Shown: in pieces, positions 49,491 through 58,637 of the stretch
Numbering within the stretch: the first letter of the stretch is position 1
Layout of the letters: each line of letters starts with the position of its first letter
Assembly: GCA_963713755.1 (NCBI GenBank)
Contig: CAVQMW010000005.1
Location: forward strand, 1,588,500 to 1,652,499
Length of the DNA stretch: 64,000 nt
Direction: 5' to 3'
From: an uncultured delta proteobacterium
GTDB lineage: Bacteria > Desulfobacterota > Desulfobacteria > Desulfobacterales > CAVQMW01
Program-made: the position numbers and the translations under genes
Notes under the pieces: model-generated
What the model was told of the DNA's origin: nothing
The model's input: the letters and a program-made list of their open reading frames with translations, nothing else
Database searches by the model: none

Positions 49491-51086
49491 ATGGCAGGGG
49501 ATGGATTCACCCAGGTGATCAACGATTTGCGAACACCCCTGACCTCGGTACGCTCGCTCTCCGAGATTCTCCATGATTATCCCGATATCACTGGACAGAA
49601 ACGACGGGAATTTCTGGATATCATCCTCCAGGAGACCGAAAAAATGACCGGCATCATCACCCGCGCTGAAGCGCCCGCCGATTCGATATCCGAATCGAAA
49701 GCGGCGCGCGAGGCCCAAACCGGCAACCTAATCACCCGAAAGAAAGGGGCATCGTTCATGAACGAGATCAAAAACAGAGGCTGGAGCGTCACCATGGCCG
49801 GGCTGGGCATCAATCTGGCCCTGGGAATTCTTTACACCTGGAGTATTTTCAAACAGGCGATCAAAGAATCCATTCTCGCCGGGGACGGCCGCTTCACCTG
49901 GGATATCGCCTCGCTCAACGACCCCTTTGCCGTCTGCTGTCTGATGTTCACCATCGCCATGGTCTTTGCCGGCCGGATTCAGGACAAACTCAGCCCGCGC
50001 ATCACCGCGGTGATCGGCGGTATCCTCACCGGCGCCGGATTGATCGTGATCTCTCAATCCAACGCCCTGACCGTTTGGATTCTGGGATTCGGTGTTCTGA
50101 CCGGCCTGGGTCTCGGATTCGGTTATGCGTCGGCCACGCCCCCGGCCATCAAATGGTTTCCGTCTTCCAAGACCGGCATGATCGCCGGAATCGTGGTGGC
50201 CGGCTTCGGTCTGGCCTCGGTCTACATTGCGCCCCTCTCCAATTTTCTGATTGCCAAGTTCGGGCTGAGCCAGGCCATGCTGATTTTCGGTGTGGCCTTT
50301 ATGGGCGTGGTCTGCTTTCTGGCCAAATTCCTGGTCAACCCGCCGGAAGGTTACAGCCCCGCCAGCGTCAAGCCGGCGCCGGGCAAGGCCGCGGCACCCA
50401 AGAGCAGGGACTTTTCTCCCGGGCAAATGCTGCGAACCGGATCGTTCTGGAAATTGTGGTTCATGTATTTTGTGGGTGCCGGGGCGGCCCTGATCATCAT
50501 CGGCGGTGTGGCCGGGATGGCCAAAAAGAGCATGGGCGAGTTGGCCTGGATCGTGGTGGCCTTGATGGCCGTGGGCAATGCCGGGGGGCGGATCGTGGCC
50601 GGGGTGGTGTCCGACAAGATCGGACGTACCGTGACGCTGCTGATCATGATGAGCTTCCAGGCCCTGGTGATCTTCTCCCTGCTCTTCATCGGCGAGACCC
50701 AGGCTTTGCTGCTGGTGGTCGCCGCCACGCTGATCGGCTTTAATTACGGGACCAACCTCTCCCTGTTCCCCTCGGCCACCAAGGACTACTTCGGGTTGAA
50801 AAACTTCGGCATGAACTACGGGCTGGTCTTTTCGGCCTGGGGTGTGGGCGGGTTTGTCTTTCCCCGGGTCTCCCAGATGATCGTGGCCCAAACCGGGTCT
50901 CCCCAAACGGCCTACATCCTGTGCGGGATTCTGTTGATGGCCAGTTCTCTGATGGCCCTCATGACCCGTGCGCCCCAGGAGATCCCCGAAGGTCAGACCA
51001 TCCCCGTGCTGGGCAGATTTCAGGCCAAATTGGCTTTCGCCCGCCAGCAGCCGGTGGACGTCTATTTAGGCGCGCGTCACATTTAA
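49491..51086 (+). CDS. OFA-family (oxalate/formate antiporter-like) MFS transporter with in-frame N-terminal HisKA-like segment; second start at 49758
   Basis: GILYTWSIF, GRIQDK, KWFP..TGM.AG..VAGFG, YFGLKNFGMNYG; N-terminal NDLRTPLTSVRSLSEIL. Confidence 0.88.
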   Translation: MAGDGFTQVINDLRTPLTSVRSLSEILHDYPDITGQKRREFLDIILQETEKMTGIITRAEAPADSISESKAAREAQTGNLITRKKGASFMNEIKNRGWSVTMAGLGINLALGILYTWSIFKQAIKESILAGDGRFTWDIASLNDPFAVCCLMFTIAMVFAGRIQDKLSPRITAVIGGILTGAGLIVISQSNALTVWILGFGVLTGLGLGFGYASATPPAIKWFPSSKTGMIAGIVVAGFGLASVYIAPLSNFLIAKFGLSQAMLIFGVAFMGVVCFLAKFLVNPPEGYSPASVKPAPGKAAAPKSRDFSPGQMLRTGSFWKLWFMYFVGAGAALIIIGGVAGMAKKSMGELAWIVVALMAVGNAGGRIVAGVVSDKIGRTVTLLIMMSFQALVIFSLLFIGETQALLLVVAATLIGFNYGTNLSLFPSATKDYFGLKNFGMNYGLVFSAWGVGGFVFPRVSQMIVAQTGSPQTAYILCGILLMASSLMALMTRAPQEIPEGQTIPVLGRFQAKLAFARQQPVDVYLGARHI

Positions 51087-51122
51087 CCAGAGGTCTCAAA
51101 CAACCCATCTCAAGGGATATTC

Positions 51123-51161
51123 ACCCGCCGATACCGATTCCGGTTTCGGCGGGTTTTTTTT
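51123..51161 (+). terminator. intrinsic terminator of the MFS gene
   Basis: acccgccga...tcggcgggt followed by a T-run. Confidence 0.8.
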
Positions 51162-51286
51162 GTGTTTGCCCAGGGTTGGCGGGTGATATACAATCCAATT
51201 TAGACCTCAGCATGGGTCGTTCCCAAGGCGTCGCTTCGAGGTGAGTCGCTGACTCTGCGACATAGCAGACGGGGCCATAACCATAA

Positions 51287-51653
51287 GAAAACCGGCCGGG
51301 GAGCTAATCCCGGGCCGGTTTTTGGTTTTTTGGGTCGGGCGCAGGTGGCGGATTAGGCCACTTTGGCCACCTTCACCGCGCAGACCTTGAATTCGGGGAT
51401 GCCGCGGATGGGGTCCAGGGCGGCGTTGGTCAGGGTGTGGGCGGCGGCGGCAAAATGGAAGGGGATGAAGATAGTGCCGTTGACCGCTTTGGATGAAATT
51501 TGGGCCACGGCTTCGATTTCGCCCCGCCGGGAGCTGACCTTGATCCGCTCGCCGTGGGCCAATTCCATCAGTTGGGCCTCCTGGGGCGCGATCTCCACGA
51601 AACACTCCGGCGCGCGCTCGTTGAGATCAGCGCTTATCTTGGTCATGGTACCG
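51287..51653 (-). pseudogene. displaced duplicate of the fdh 3' end plus terminator (direct repeat of ~61787-62152)
   Basis: Encodes DLNERAPECFVE...IPEFKVCAVKVAKVA nearly identical to the Fdh C-terminus; same aaaaccggccggggagctaatcccgg hairpin. Confidence 0.9.
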
Positions 51654-52400
51654 GCTCACCATCGGGATCCCTTCGAGATGCACACCCATCCACGCTTTGA
51701 GGGTCAACGCCCGGGTGGCCGGTGAATTCATCACCCGGGAAAGCGCGCCCACCTGAAAATCGCCGGCCGACAGCTTGACCCTGTCCAGGTCCAGTTTTCC
51801 CCGGATGGTGAAATAGCGCATGGGCACCAGATAGCCCAAGTCCTCGAGGTCCGGACGGGAAATTTCGAATGCGGTGCGGCCGAAAACCTCCAGGGCGGAC
51901 TTGCCGTCCGTCCGTTGAGGGGTGGCCGTCATCCCGAGCAGCAGGGTGTTTCGATCAGCTTGGCTGTGAAAGTAGTCGATCACCTCCCCCCAGCTCGGCG
52001 CCAGGGCCCGGTGGCATTCATCGCAAATGATCAGGACGTACGCCTTGGGATCGTATTTCTCCTTGCGCCGCACCAGCGTTTGAACCGATGCCAGGACGAT
52101 TGCGCCACTTCCGCGGGCGGTGCGCGCGCCCTGCTCGATCTGTACATTAAGCCCCGGCAGAATTCGCCGAATGGTACGGGCGGTCTGGTTGATAATCTCC
52201 CGGCGATGGGCCACGAAGAGCACCTTGCCGAATCCTTTCGTGTTTCTCAACGCCTTGATGATATGAGACGCGATCACTGTTTTTCCGGCCACGGTGGGAA
52301 GATAGAGCAGCATGCGCCGCTGGTGCTTCTCTAGGTAACGTGAAACGACCGCGCTCACAGCCTTTTTTTGATAGGGTCGGAGTCGAAAGGGCTTATTCAT
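51627..52400 (-). pseudogene. 3'-truncated SF2 (ResIII-like DExH) helicase
   Basis: LRPYQ, LPTVAGKT, AHRREI, DECH, GMTATP, GYLVP; ends before the second RecA-domain motifs, at the repeat junction. Confidence 0.8.
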
Positions 52401-52410
52401 GAGTATGAGG

Positions 52411-53481
52411 TTATCCCAATACGGCCACAATGTCCCCGGCGGTCAGCCCTTCCTGGGGCCAGCGCAGGCGGTCGGCGGTTTCCAGGTATATTCTTGCCAG
52501 GTCCTGGCCGAGCCAGCGCCGCGCCAATGCCGGGTCGTGATCGTTTTTTTGGGAGCGGGCGTAGGGAACCGGTCGGTTTTTCTCCAGCAGGGCCCGGTAG
52601 AGAGGTTGCTCCGCGACAAGAGGAGACATCTGCTTTTGCCCTCGGTAGCGGTTGATACGGCAGGGGATGGCGATGCCGGTGGGGTCCAGGTCTCCGAAGT
52701 AGCGGATGCCGGCGGCGGCCACCTGGCGTTCGATCTCGAAAAGGCCGTCGCTGGCGCGTTCGGCGGCGCAGGCCGCAAACCCCTGGCCGTAGACGATGGC
52801 GGCGAACTGCTGAAGGGTTTCGTTGGCCCGGCAGCAACTCCAGTAGGTGTTGGAATTTTCCACGACCAGCAGGGGTTTTCCCGCGGTTTGATTCGAATCC
52901 AGGGAGAAGGGTCGAAAGGGAAGCGGCTCGGGACAGTAAAAACAGTCCAGGTCATCCAGGGTGATCCGGCCGCCGAAAAGCCCAGCGCGCACGTTGCGAT
53001 CCAGGACCTTTTCGTCACCGAATATTTCAAGCGCACGTTCCCGGTGGGGCAGCCGCAGCGGCTGCGGCGGACGGTTGAGCAGGTACTGGTTCACCTGAAT
53101 GGCCCGTTCCAGTTCCGCCCGCGTGCGCAGGGTATGGGCAAAGGCCACCATGCGCGTGGGCTCCCAGGCCGTTTCGTTGCGCAGCGCGGCCAGGCTCTGC
53201 CGATGGGCCTGTTGCTGTTCATCTTGGTCGGCGCGAAGGGCCGTGACGTAGCGGGGCAGGCCGGTCCGGCGATTCCAGATGTGGCGGGCCTTGGGCAGGC
53301 GCAGGCGTCCCTCTGCCGCCAATGCCTTCAGGGTTTCCAGCAGCCGCTCCTGGAATTCAAAGTCGGACAGCTGCCCGGCGGTCAGGCGGCGGAGGGCCGC
53401 CGCGATCTTCTCCACCGCCACCTGCCGGCGCCGGCTGGTGCCGAGCACGGCCAGCACGGCCTCACGCCAGGAGGGGCGCAT
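52411..53481 (-). CDS. JetD/MksG-like TOPRIM nuclease
   Basis: ERALEIFGDEK, LVVEN, VYGQG, YFGDLDPTGIAI, PQE; overlaps the end of the SMC gene. Confidence 0.85.
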   Translation of the reverse strand: MRPSWREAVLAVLGTSRRRQVAVEKIAAALRRLTAGQLSDFEFQERLLETLKALAAEGRLRLPKARHIWNRRTGLPRYVTALRADQDEQQQAHRQSLAALRNETAWEPTRMVAFAHTLRTRAELERAIQVNQYLLNRPPQPLRLPHRERALEIFGDEKVLDRNVRAGLFGGRITLDDLDCFYCPEPLPFRPFSLDSNQTAGKPLLVVENSNTYWSCCRANETLQQFAAIVYGQGFAACAAERASDGLFEIERQVAAAGIRYFGDLDPTGIAIPCRINRYRGQKQMSPLVAEQPLYRALLEKNRPVPYARSQKNDHDPALARRWLGQDLARIYLETADRLRWPQEGLTAGDIVAVLG

Positions 53482-56400
53482 TGGTTTTCTCCACATGCAG
53501 TTCGGCGATCTCCAGCAGGTCGTAGGCCGTGTGGTCGATCTCGACCTTTTTATCCCCTTTGCGGATGGCCACCCGCAATTCGAACAGGTCCAGGGACTCG
53601 CGATCATTGATACCGGTCAGGTAGACACACTGAATGCCCATGGCCCGGGCCACCTTCAACTGGGCGTCGAGAAAATCCGACCGGTTGCAGACTCCCAAGG
53701 GGTTGTCCAGCACGAGAAACGCGGGGATGCGGCCATCGGGATGGCTGTGGCGCTTTTTGCGCATGGAGATCAGCAGGGTGTAGAGCAGCACCGCCGTGGT
53801 CAGCGCCTCTCCGCCCGATCCCAGGTCCTTGCCCACCGGTTCGTAGTTGCGGCCGGTGTCGTCGCACTTGAGCAGGCGGATGCCGAAGGTCTTCTTTCCC
53901 GTGGAGGCCCCCAGCAGCTGGTAGAGCAGCTCTCCTCCCAGACAGTTTCCCGCGCGCGGGTTGACTTCGGGTAGACGGTCCTGCTGGATCAGCTCGTGGA
54001 GCCAATTCTCCACGGACCGCCGGAAATCTTCGCCGTAGCGGGAGAAATCGAGCCGCGTGCCCGTACGCAGGATGCTTTGTCCGCCGTAGACGTAAACCTC
54101 CGCGGGCAGGCTCTGCTGGGCCGCGGTCTGCAGCTTCTGATGGTACTCCTTGGCGCGCGAGAGCAGCATGTCCACCAGGTTGTCCATGATCTGCTGGGAA
54201 ATCGCCAGGTCACTCTCGATATTTTGGGCGATCTCTTCACAGCGCCGGATCAGCTCCTCGGCCTGGGCGCCGAGAGACTCGGTGTCGTGATGTCTGAGCT
54301 GGTCGATCACCGCGGGCAGGTGGCTGCGGAAACGCTCGTTCTGGAGGTCGGCCTGGAAGCGTTCGAAGCCGCTGCCCATCCGGCGCCGGGCCGCCTCTAC
54401 GACCTTGCGCTGCTCGGCGCAGGCGGCCATCCGTTCGCGCATCCGGGTTTTCAAGGCGCGCACCGCCGCGATGGTCGCCTCCACGCTGGACACGTCGAAG
54501 ATGTCCGGCCAGTTTGCACGGGGGGAATCTTTGTCCCACAGCGCTGGGTAGGTCTGTGTCTCGGCCAGGCCGAGCTCGGTCTCGCGACGCCACCGCTCGT
54601 GGGCTTTGAGCTCAGCCTGCAGTTCCCGGCAGCGCAGATTCAGGCGCTCGTGGGTCTTTTCGTGGCGTGCCGCCTCGCGCTGGAGGCGGTGGATCATGCT
54701 CTCCAGGTCCTGGCCCACGAGGTCATCCTCGAGGATATCCGGCCGGATGCCCTTGCCGGCCCGTTCGGAGAGCGCCTCGTTCAGCCGTTTGATGTCTCCC
54801 TTGCGGTGCGCAATGCTCGACCGCAGGCTGCCGACCGTGCCGCTGCGCGCCGCGATGGCGTCGCTGAGCGCCACCCGGCGTTCCTCGCGCTCGACCGCGC
54901 TCTGGGCGGCCCAGCGGCCGGCCAGGGTTTCGTCATGGAAATGCTCCCGGCGCAGGGTTTCGAGCCGGGCTTCCCGCTGGCCGATGGTGGCCTGAAGCGT
55001 GTCCAACTCCTTTTGCAGGGTATCGATGCCCAGCTCGTCGGCCTTGCGGCGCTGGCGCTCGCGGGCCTCTTCGTACAACGTTTTCAAGGTCCGCAAGTCC
55101 ATGGTCAGGGCCGCGTCGCGTTCCTCGTCGCAGAGGGCGCTCTCTTCGGGCTTGGGGACATCGCCGGCGCGTTCGTCCAGTCCTTTGAGCAGGACGCGCC
55201 GTTCCCGGATGTCGCCCTGCAGGCCGGATTTTTCCTCGAGAATCCGCTGAAGGTCTTCGTTCCCGGACGCTATCCGGACCGCCAGGGCTTCCTTCCCGGC
55301 GATCATCTGCTCCGCGTCCTGCTTCCACGTTTCGAGTGGCGCGTACTGCCGCAGCCATGTCTCCACCTGGTTGCGGCGCTCGGCCAGGACGGCCAGGTCG
55401 GCCGCCAGGGCCTGGAGGGACTGCTCCTGTTCGGCCCTGCCTTCCCGCAGGGTCTCGGAGCGCGCCTCCGTGTCGATGATCTCCGCAGCCAGGGTGGCCA
55501 AGGTGCGCTCCAGTTCCCGCACCTGTTGGGCCAGGGCGGTCACCGTGGCCGCGTCCGGGAATTTCTCGCGATAGGCGTGCAGGGCTTGGCTGTCGGCCTC
55601 CATCTCCCGCAGCTCTCCGCGCCGCGCGTCGAGATCTTCCCCGATGGCGTTGAGCCGGTCGCGGAGTCGCTCGCGGGTTTTTTCCAGGTGATGTTTGGAA
55701 TAGATCCGCGGGTCATTGGGGCAGATCACCGCCTGTTCAATCGCATTCACTGCCTCGGGCGGGCAGGGCGTGGAGACAACCACGGGCCGCTGGAGCCACT
55801 TGGGCACCGGCAGGTCCTGCACGGCCTCGACCACCGCCTCGCTGGCGGCCATGATTCCGGTGAATCGCCCGGGATCGCTCTCGATGAAGCGGGCGATCTC
55901 CGCGGGCGATGGGTAGAGGCCGGCCAGATAGTCGGGAAACGCTTTCAATTCGCCGGGCGAGATGCCCTGGGTGCAGAAGTGGGCGATCAGCCTGCGGGTC
56001 TGCTCATCGGCGGTCAGGGTTTCAATGCCGGTCAGCCGTTCCAGCTCCATCACCAGGTCCAAGCGGCGTCGCTCTTTTTTCTCCAGTTGATTCCGGCTGC
56101 GGGCGATGGTGTCGTCGAAGCGGGACACCAGTTCGGCGGAGGTGGGCGCGAAGGTCGGGGCGCCGGCAACGCGCTGCAGGTGAGCAGACGCCAGCAGCCT
56201 TTTCCGTTGCTGGGCCTCGTCGCCCTGGCGCTCGCCGGCCTGGTCCCGGTGCAGCTCCATCCCGGACCGCTTATTCTGCAGCATGCGCCACTGGCTGTCG
56301 CCGGCGCGCAGCTCCTCGTCAAGGGCCGCCCGGCGGCCCCGGGCGGCAGTGCTGCGCTCCTCCATGGCACGAATCGCTTCCTTCAGGCGCTCCAAAGTAT

Positions 56401-57865
56401 CCTCGGGCCGGTCCCCCGGCTGCAAAGGCAGGGCATCACGGCGTTCCTCGGCCGCCCGGATGCGGGCGCTGCTACCGAGTATTTTCTCCTCGAGTTCCTT
56501 GCTTTTCGTGACGAGGGCTTTCCCGCGCTGCTCGGCGGCCTTGGCGGCGGATTCCAGGTCCGCTATACGCGCGTCCCGCTCCCCGATCTCATCCAGCAGG
56601 CGCCCTCGGTCTTCGTCGAGGCGGGCGTGGTACTGAAGGGCCAGGTTATCGATGCGCTGCAGCAAGGGTGAAAGCGTCTCGTCCGCCTGGAGCAGGGCAT
56701 CGCGCTTGATCTCCGCCGCGGCCCGCTTGCGGCGGATCTCGGCGATCAGATCGGCAGCTTTGAGGGCGTTTTCTTCACCCTTGAACGCCTGGATCTCATT
56801 TTCAGCCTCTTCGGCCTCCTGTTCGGCCTGGGCGATCTGCTGCCGAACTAGGAAACGCTGAACAGCCGAGGCGTTGGCCCGGGCGACTTCCTGTTTGGAA
56901 AAGGCATCGCGGCGCTGCCCCTCGGCCTTTTCCATGGCGGGGGTGAGAAGCGTCAGCTTCCGTCCGGCCGCGTCGTCGGCCTGCTTCATCAGGTGGGCGG
57001 CCTCCCCGATAACGGCCTGGGAAGACTCGACCGCGACCCGGGCCTCGCGCCACTTACGCGCCATGGCGTCGAACTCCACGATCCGCTCCTTGAGCTCCCG
57101 CGCAACACCGAGTTGGGCGATCTTTCGGGGGCGTTCTTCCATTTTTCTCAAGGATTTGCCGATGGTGTCGCGCAGGGTGACGGCCGCCTCCATGTCGGCC
57201 ACACATCCCAGGAAGAAATTCAAGAACTCCGCTTCGGAGCGGAACCTGAATGCATCCTTGATCCCGCCTTCACTGCGGGCGAAGTCGATCTGGCGGTCAA
57301 TCAGCCAGGGATCCAGACCCAGCCGGTCAAGGGAGTCGCTCCACTCCTTCTGACTGGTGGTATGCTGGACATGGAGCGTCGTGAAATCCCGCACGGCCCG
57401 CCAGGGCTGTTCCTGGGCCAGGAGGCTGTTCCAGCCCTCCCGCAGCTGGTCGAAAAAATCCGGGGAGTGGGCGATGAAGAAAACGCGGTCCACCTTGTCC
57501 GCCGCACTGCGGTGGCGGTAAAGGAGCTGGCCGAGGACCAGGTGTGCCTCGGGGGCGGCCTCAAACAAGGTGGGCTGCTCCAAGCTGGCCAGATCCAGGA
57601 GCACCACGGCGGGGCGGCCCGGGATCAGGTACTGCTCCAGGGTCTTGTCCCCGGTGGATTGAAGGTGCTGGACGAACCGCCGCTGGTCCGGGGAGAAGAC
57701 GTTGAGGATGAACGACAACACGGTGGTCTTGCAGGTGCCGTTGGCGGCGAAGAGTACGCCGTGATCCGCGTGGCCGCTCTCGCGCATGATCGGCACATAG
57801 GCGTTGCGCAGCAGGTTCTCCCCGGCGGTGATGTCGCTGATGAAAAATCTACAGATTCGATACAT
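53462..57865 (-). CDS. JetC/MksB-like SMC ATPase (1467 aa)
   Basis: N-terminal Walker A AANGTCKTT, long coiled coils, signature GSGGE, Walker B/D-loop LVLDNPLG. Confidence 0.88.
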   Translation of the reverse strand: MYRICRFFISDITAGENLLRNAYVPIMRESGHADHGVLFAANGTCKTTVLSFILNVFSPDQRRFVQHLQSTGDKTLEQYLIPGRPAVVLLDLASLEQPTLFEAAPEAHLVLGQLLYRHRSAADKVDRVFFIAHSPDFFDQLREGWNSLLAQEQPWRAVRDFTTLHVQHTTSQKEWSDSLDRLGLDPWLIDRQIDFARSEGGIKDAFRFRSEAEFLNFFLGCVADMEAAVTLRDTIGKSLRKMEERPRKIAQLGVARELKERIVEFDAMARKWREARVAVESSQAVIGEAAHLMKQADDAAGRKLTLLTPAMEKAEGQRRDAFSKQEVARANASAVQRFLVRQQIAQAEQEAEEAENEIQAFKGEENALKAADLIAEIRRKRAAAEIKRDALLQADETLSPLLQRIDNLALQYHARLDEDRGRLLDEIGERDARIADLESAAKAAEQRGKALVTKSKELEEKILGSSARIRAAEERRDALPLQPGDRPEDTLERLKEAIRAMEERSTAARGRRAALDEELRAGDSQWRMLQNKRSGMELHRDQAGERQGDEAQQRKRLLASAHLQRVAGAPTFAPTSAELVSRFDDTIARSRNQLEKKERRRLDLVMELERLTGIETLTADEQTRRLIAHFCTQGISPGELKAFPDYLAGLYPSPAEIARFIESDPGRFTGIMAASEAVVEAVQDLPVPKWLQRPVVVSTPCPPEAVNAIEQAVICPNDPRIYSKHHLEKTRERLRDRLNAIGEDLDARRGELREMEADSQALHAYREKFPDAATVTALAQQVRELERTLATLAAEIIDTEARSETLREGRAEQEQSLQALAADLAVLAERRNQVETWLRQYAPLETWKQDAEQMIAGKEALAVRIASGNEDLQRILEEKSGLQGDIRERRVLLKGLDERAGDVPKPEESALCDEERDAALTMDLRTLKTLYEEARERQRRKADELGIDTLQKELDTLQATIGQREARLETLRREHFHDETLAGRWAAQSAVEREERRVALSDAIAARSGTVGSLRSSIAHRKGDIKRLNEALSERAGKGIRPDILEDDLVGQDLESMIHRLQREAARHEKTHERLNLRCRELQAELKAHERWRRETELGLAETQTYPALWDKDSPRANWPDIFDVSSVEATIAAVRALKTRMRERMAACAEQRKVVEAARRRMGSGFERFQADLQNERFRSHLPAVIDQLRHHDTESLGAQAEELIRRCEEIAQNIESDLAISQQIMDNLVDMLLSRAKEYHQKLQTAAQQSLPAEVYVYGGQSILRTGTRLDFSRYGEDFRRSVENWLHELIQQDRLPEVNPRAGNCLGGELLYQLLGASTGKKTFGIRLLKCDDTGRNYEPVGKDLGSGGEALTTAVLLYTLLISMRKKRHSHPDGRIPAFLVLDNPLGVCNRSDFLDAQLKVARAMGIQCVYLTGINDRESLDLFELRVAIRKGDKKVEIDHTAYDLLEIAELHVEKTNAPLLA

Positions 57866-58637
57866 CGTCCCTCTCTCCCGGTTCATCCGTCGATTCGGTT
57901 TCCTCATAGGCGGCCAGAATATCCCGGAAGGCATGGAAGGAGTAAACGATCCCCTCCCGCAGGGAGGTCTGGTAGGCCGGCGTGGGACGGTACTCCGGGT
58001 CGCCGGGAGTCTCCTCGAAACGGAGCAGGTAGCCGGTCTCCAGGAGGTGCTCCAGGACCCGTTCGACTAAGTCCACCCAAGAGTTGCCGGCGCCGGCCCG
58101 CAGGCGGTCCGGATTGTCCTCGGGCAGTTCACGCAGGCGCCGGGCCACGCTGCGCACCTGGGGGTGCAAGCGGTCTTCTTCTTCTTCGGGCATGGCGGCT
58201 TCGGCATGGGCAAACCGGCGCAGGATGGCAATCACGTCTTCCAGGGCGATGGCGCCCAGGTCCTCCACCGGCATGTCCAGGTCCGCCTCGCTGGGGAAGA
58301 GGGCGGTTGCGATGGCACAGTGCACCGGCAACATATCCGCGGCCTTGAGGTCGCTGCGGGCCAGCAGCCGGCCGTAGTCGGTCAGGGTTGCGGCGAAAAA
58401 ACCGTCGGCGTTGCGGGCCGCCAGGCGCAGGCCCCCTTCCTCCAGGGCCAGCAGCCGCAGCTCCATGGCCCGCAATCCCGCATCCACCGTCATCCGGAAG
58501 GGCTCTTCGGCCTGGAAGCGTTGCAGCAGTTCGGTCATCTCGGCGCTGTTCTGGGTGACGATGCGTTTTTTTGCGCTGCTGTAGGCCAGGCTCAGGTAGA
58601 TGAGCCGGCCCGCTTCGTAGATCGACTCGACGTTCAT
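57849..58637 (-). CDS. JetB/MksE-like subunit (262 aa)
   Basis: Position and overlap between the jetA-like and SMC genes; C-terminal LLETGYL...YRPT winged-helix-like pattern. Confidence 0.65.
   Translation of the reverse strand: MNVESIYEAGRLIYLSLAYSSAKKRIVTQNSAEMTELLQRFQAEEPFRMTVDAGLRAMELRLLALEEGGLRLAARNADGFFAATLTDYGRLLARSDLKAADMLPVHCAIATALFPSEADLDMPVEDLGAIALEDVIAILRRFAHAEAAMPEEEEDRLHPQVRSVARRLRELPEDNPDRLRAGAGNSWVDLVERVLEHLLETGYLLRFEETPGDPEYRPTPAYQTSLREGIVYSFHAFRDILAAYEETESTDEPGERDDVSNL

Noticed and set aside
53996-56671. 891-aa plus-strand ORF, and similar long ORFs such as 37421-38971 and 3044-4255
   Set aside because: They are antisense shadows of well-supported GC-rich genes and have no recognisable motifs.
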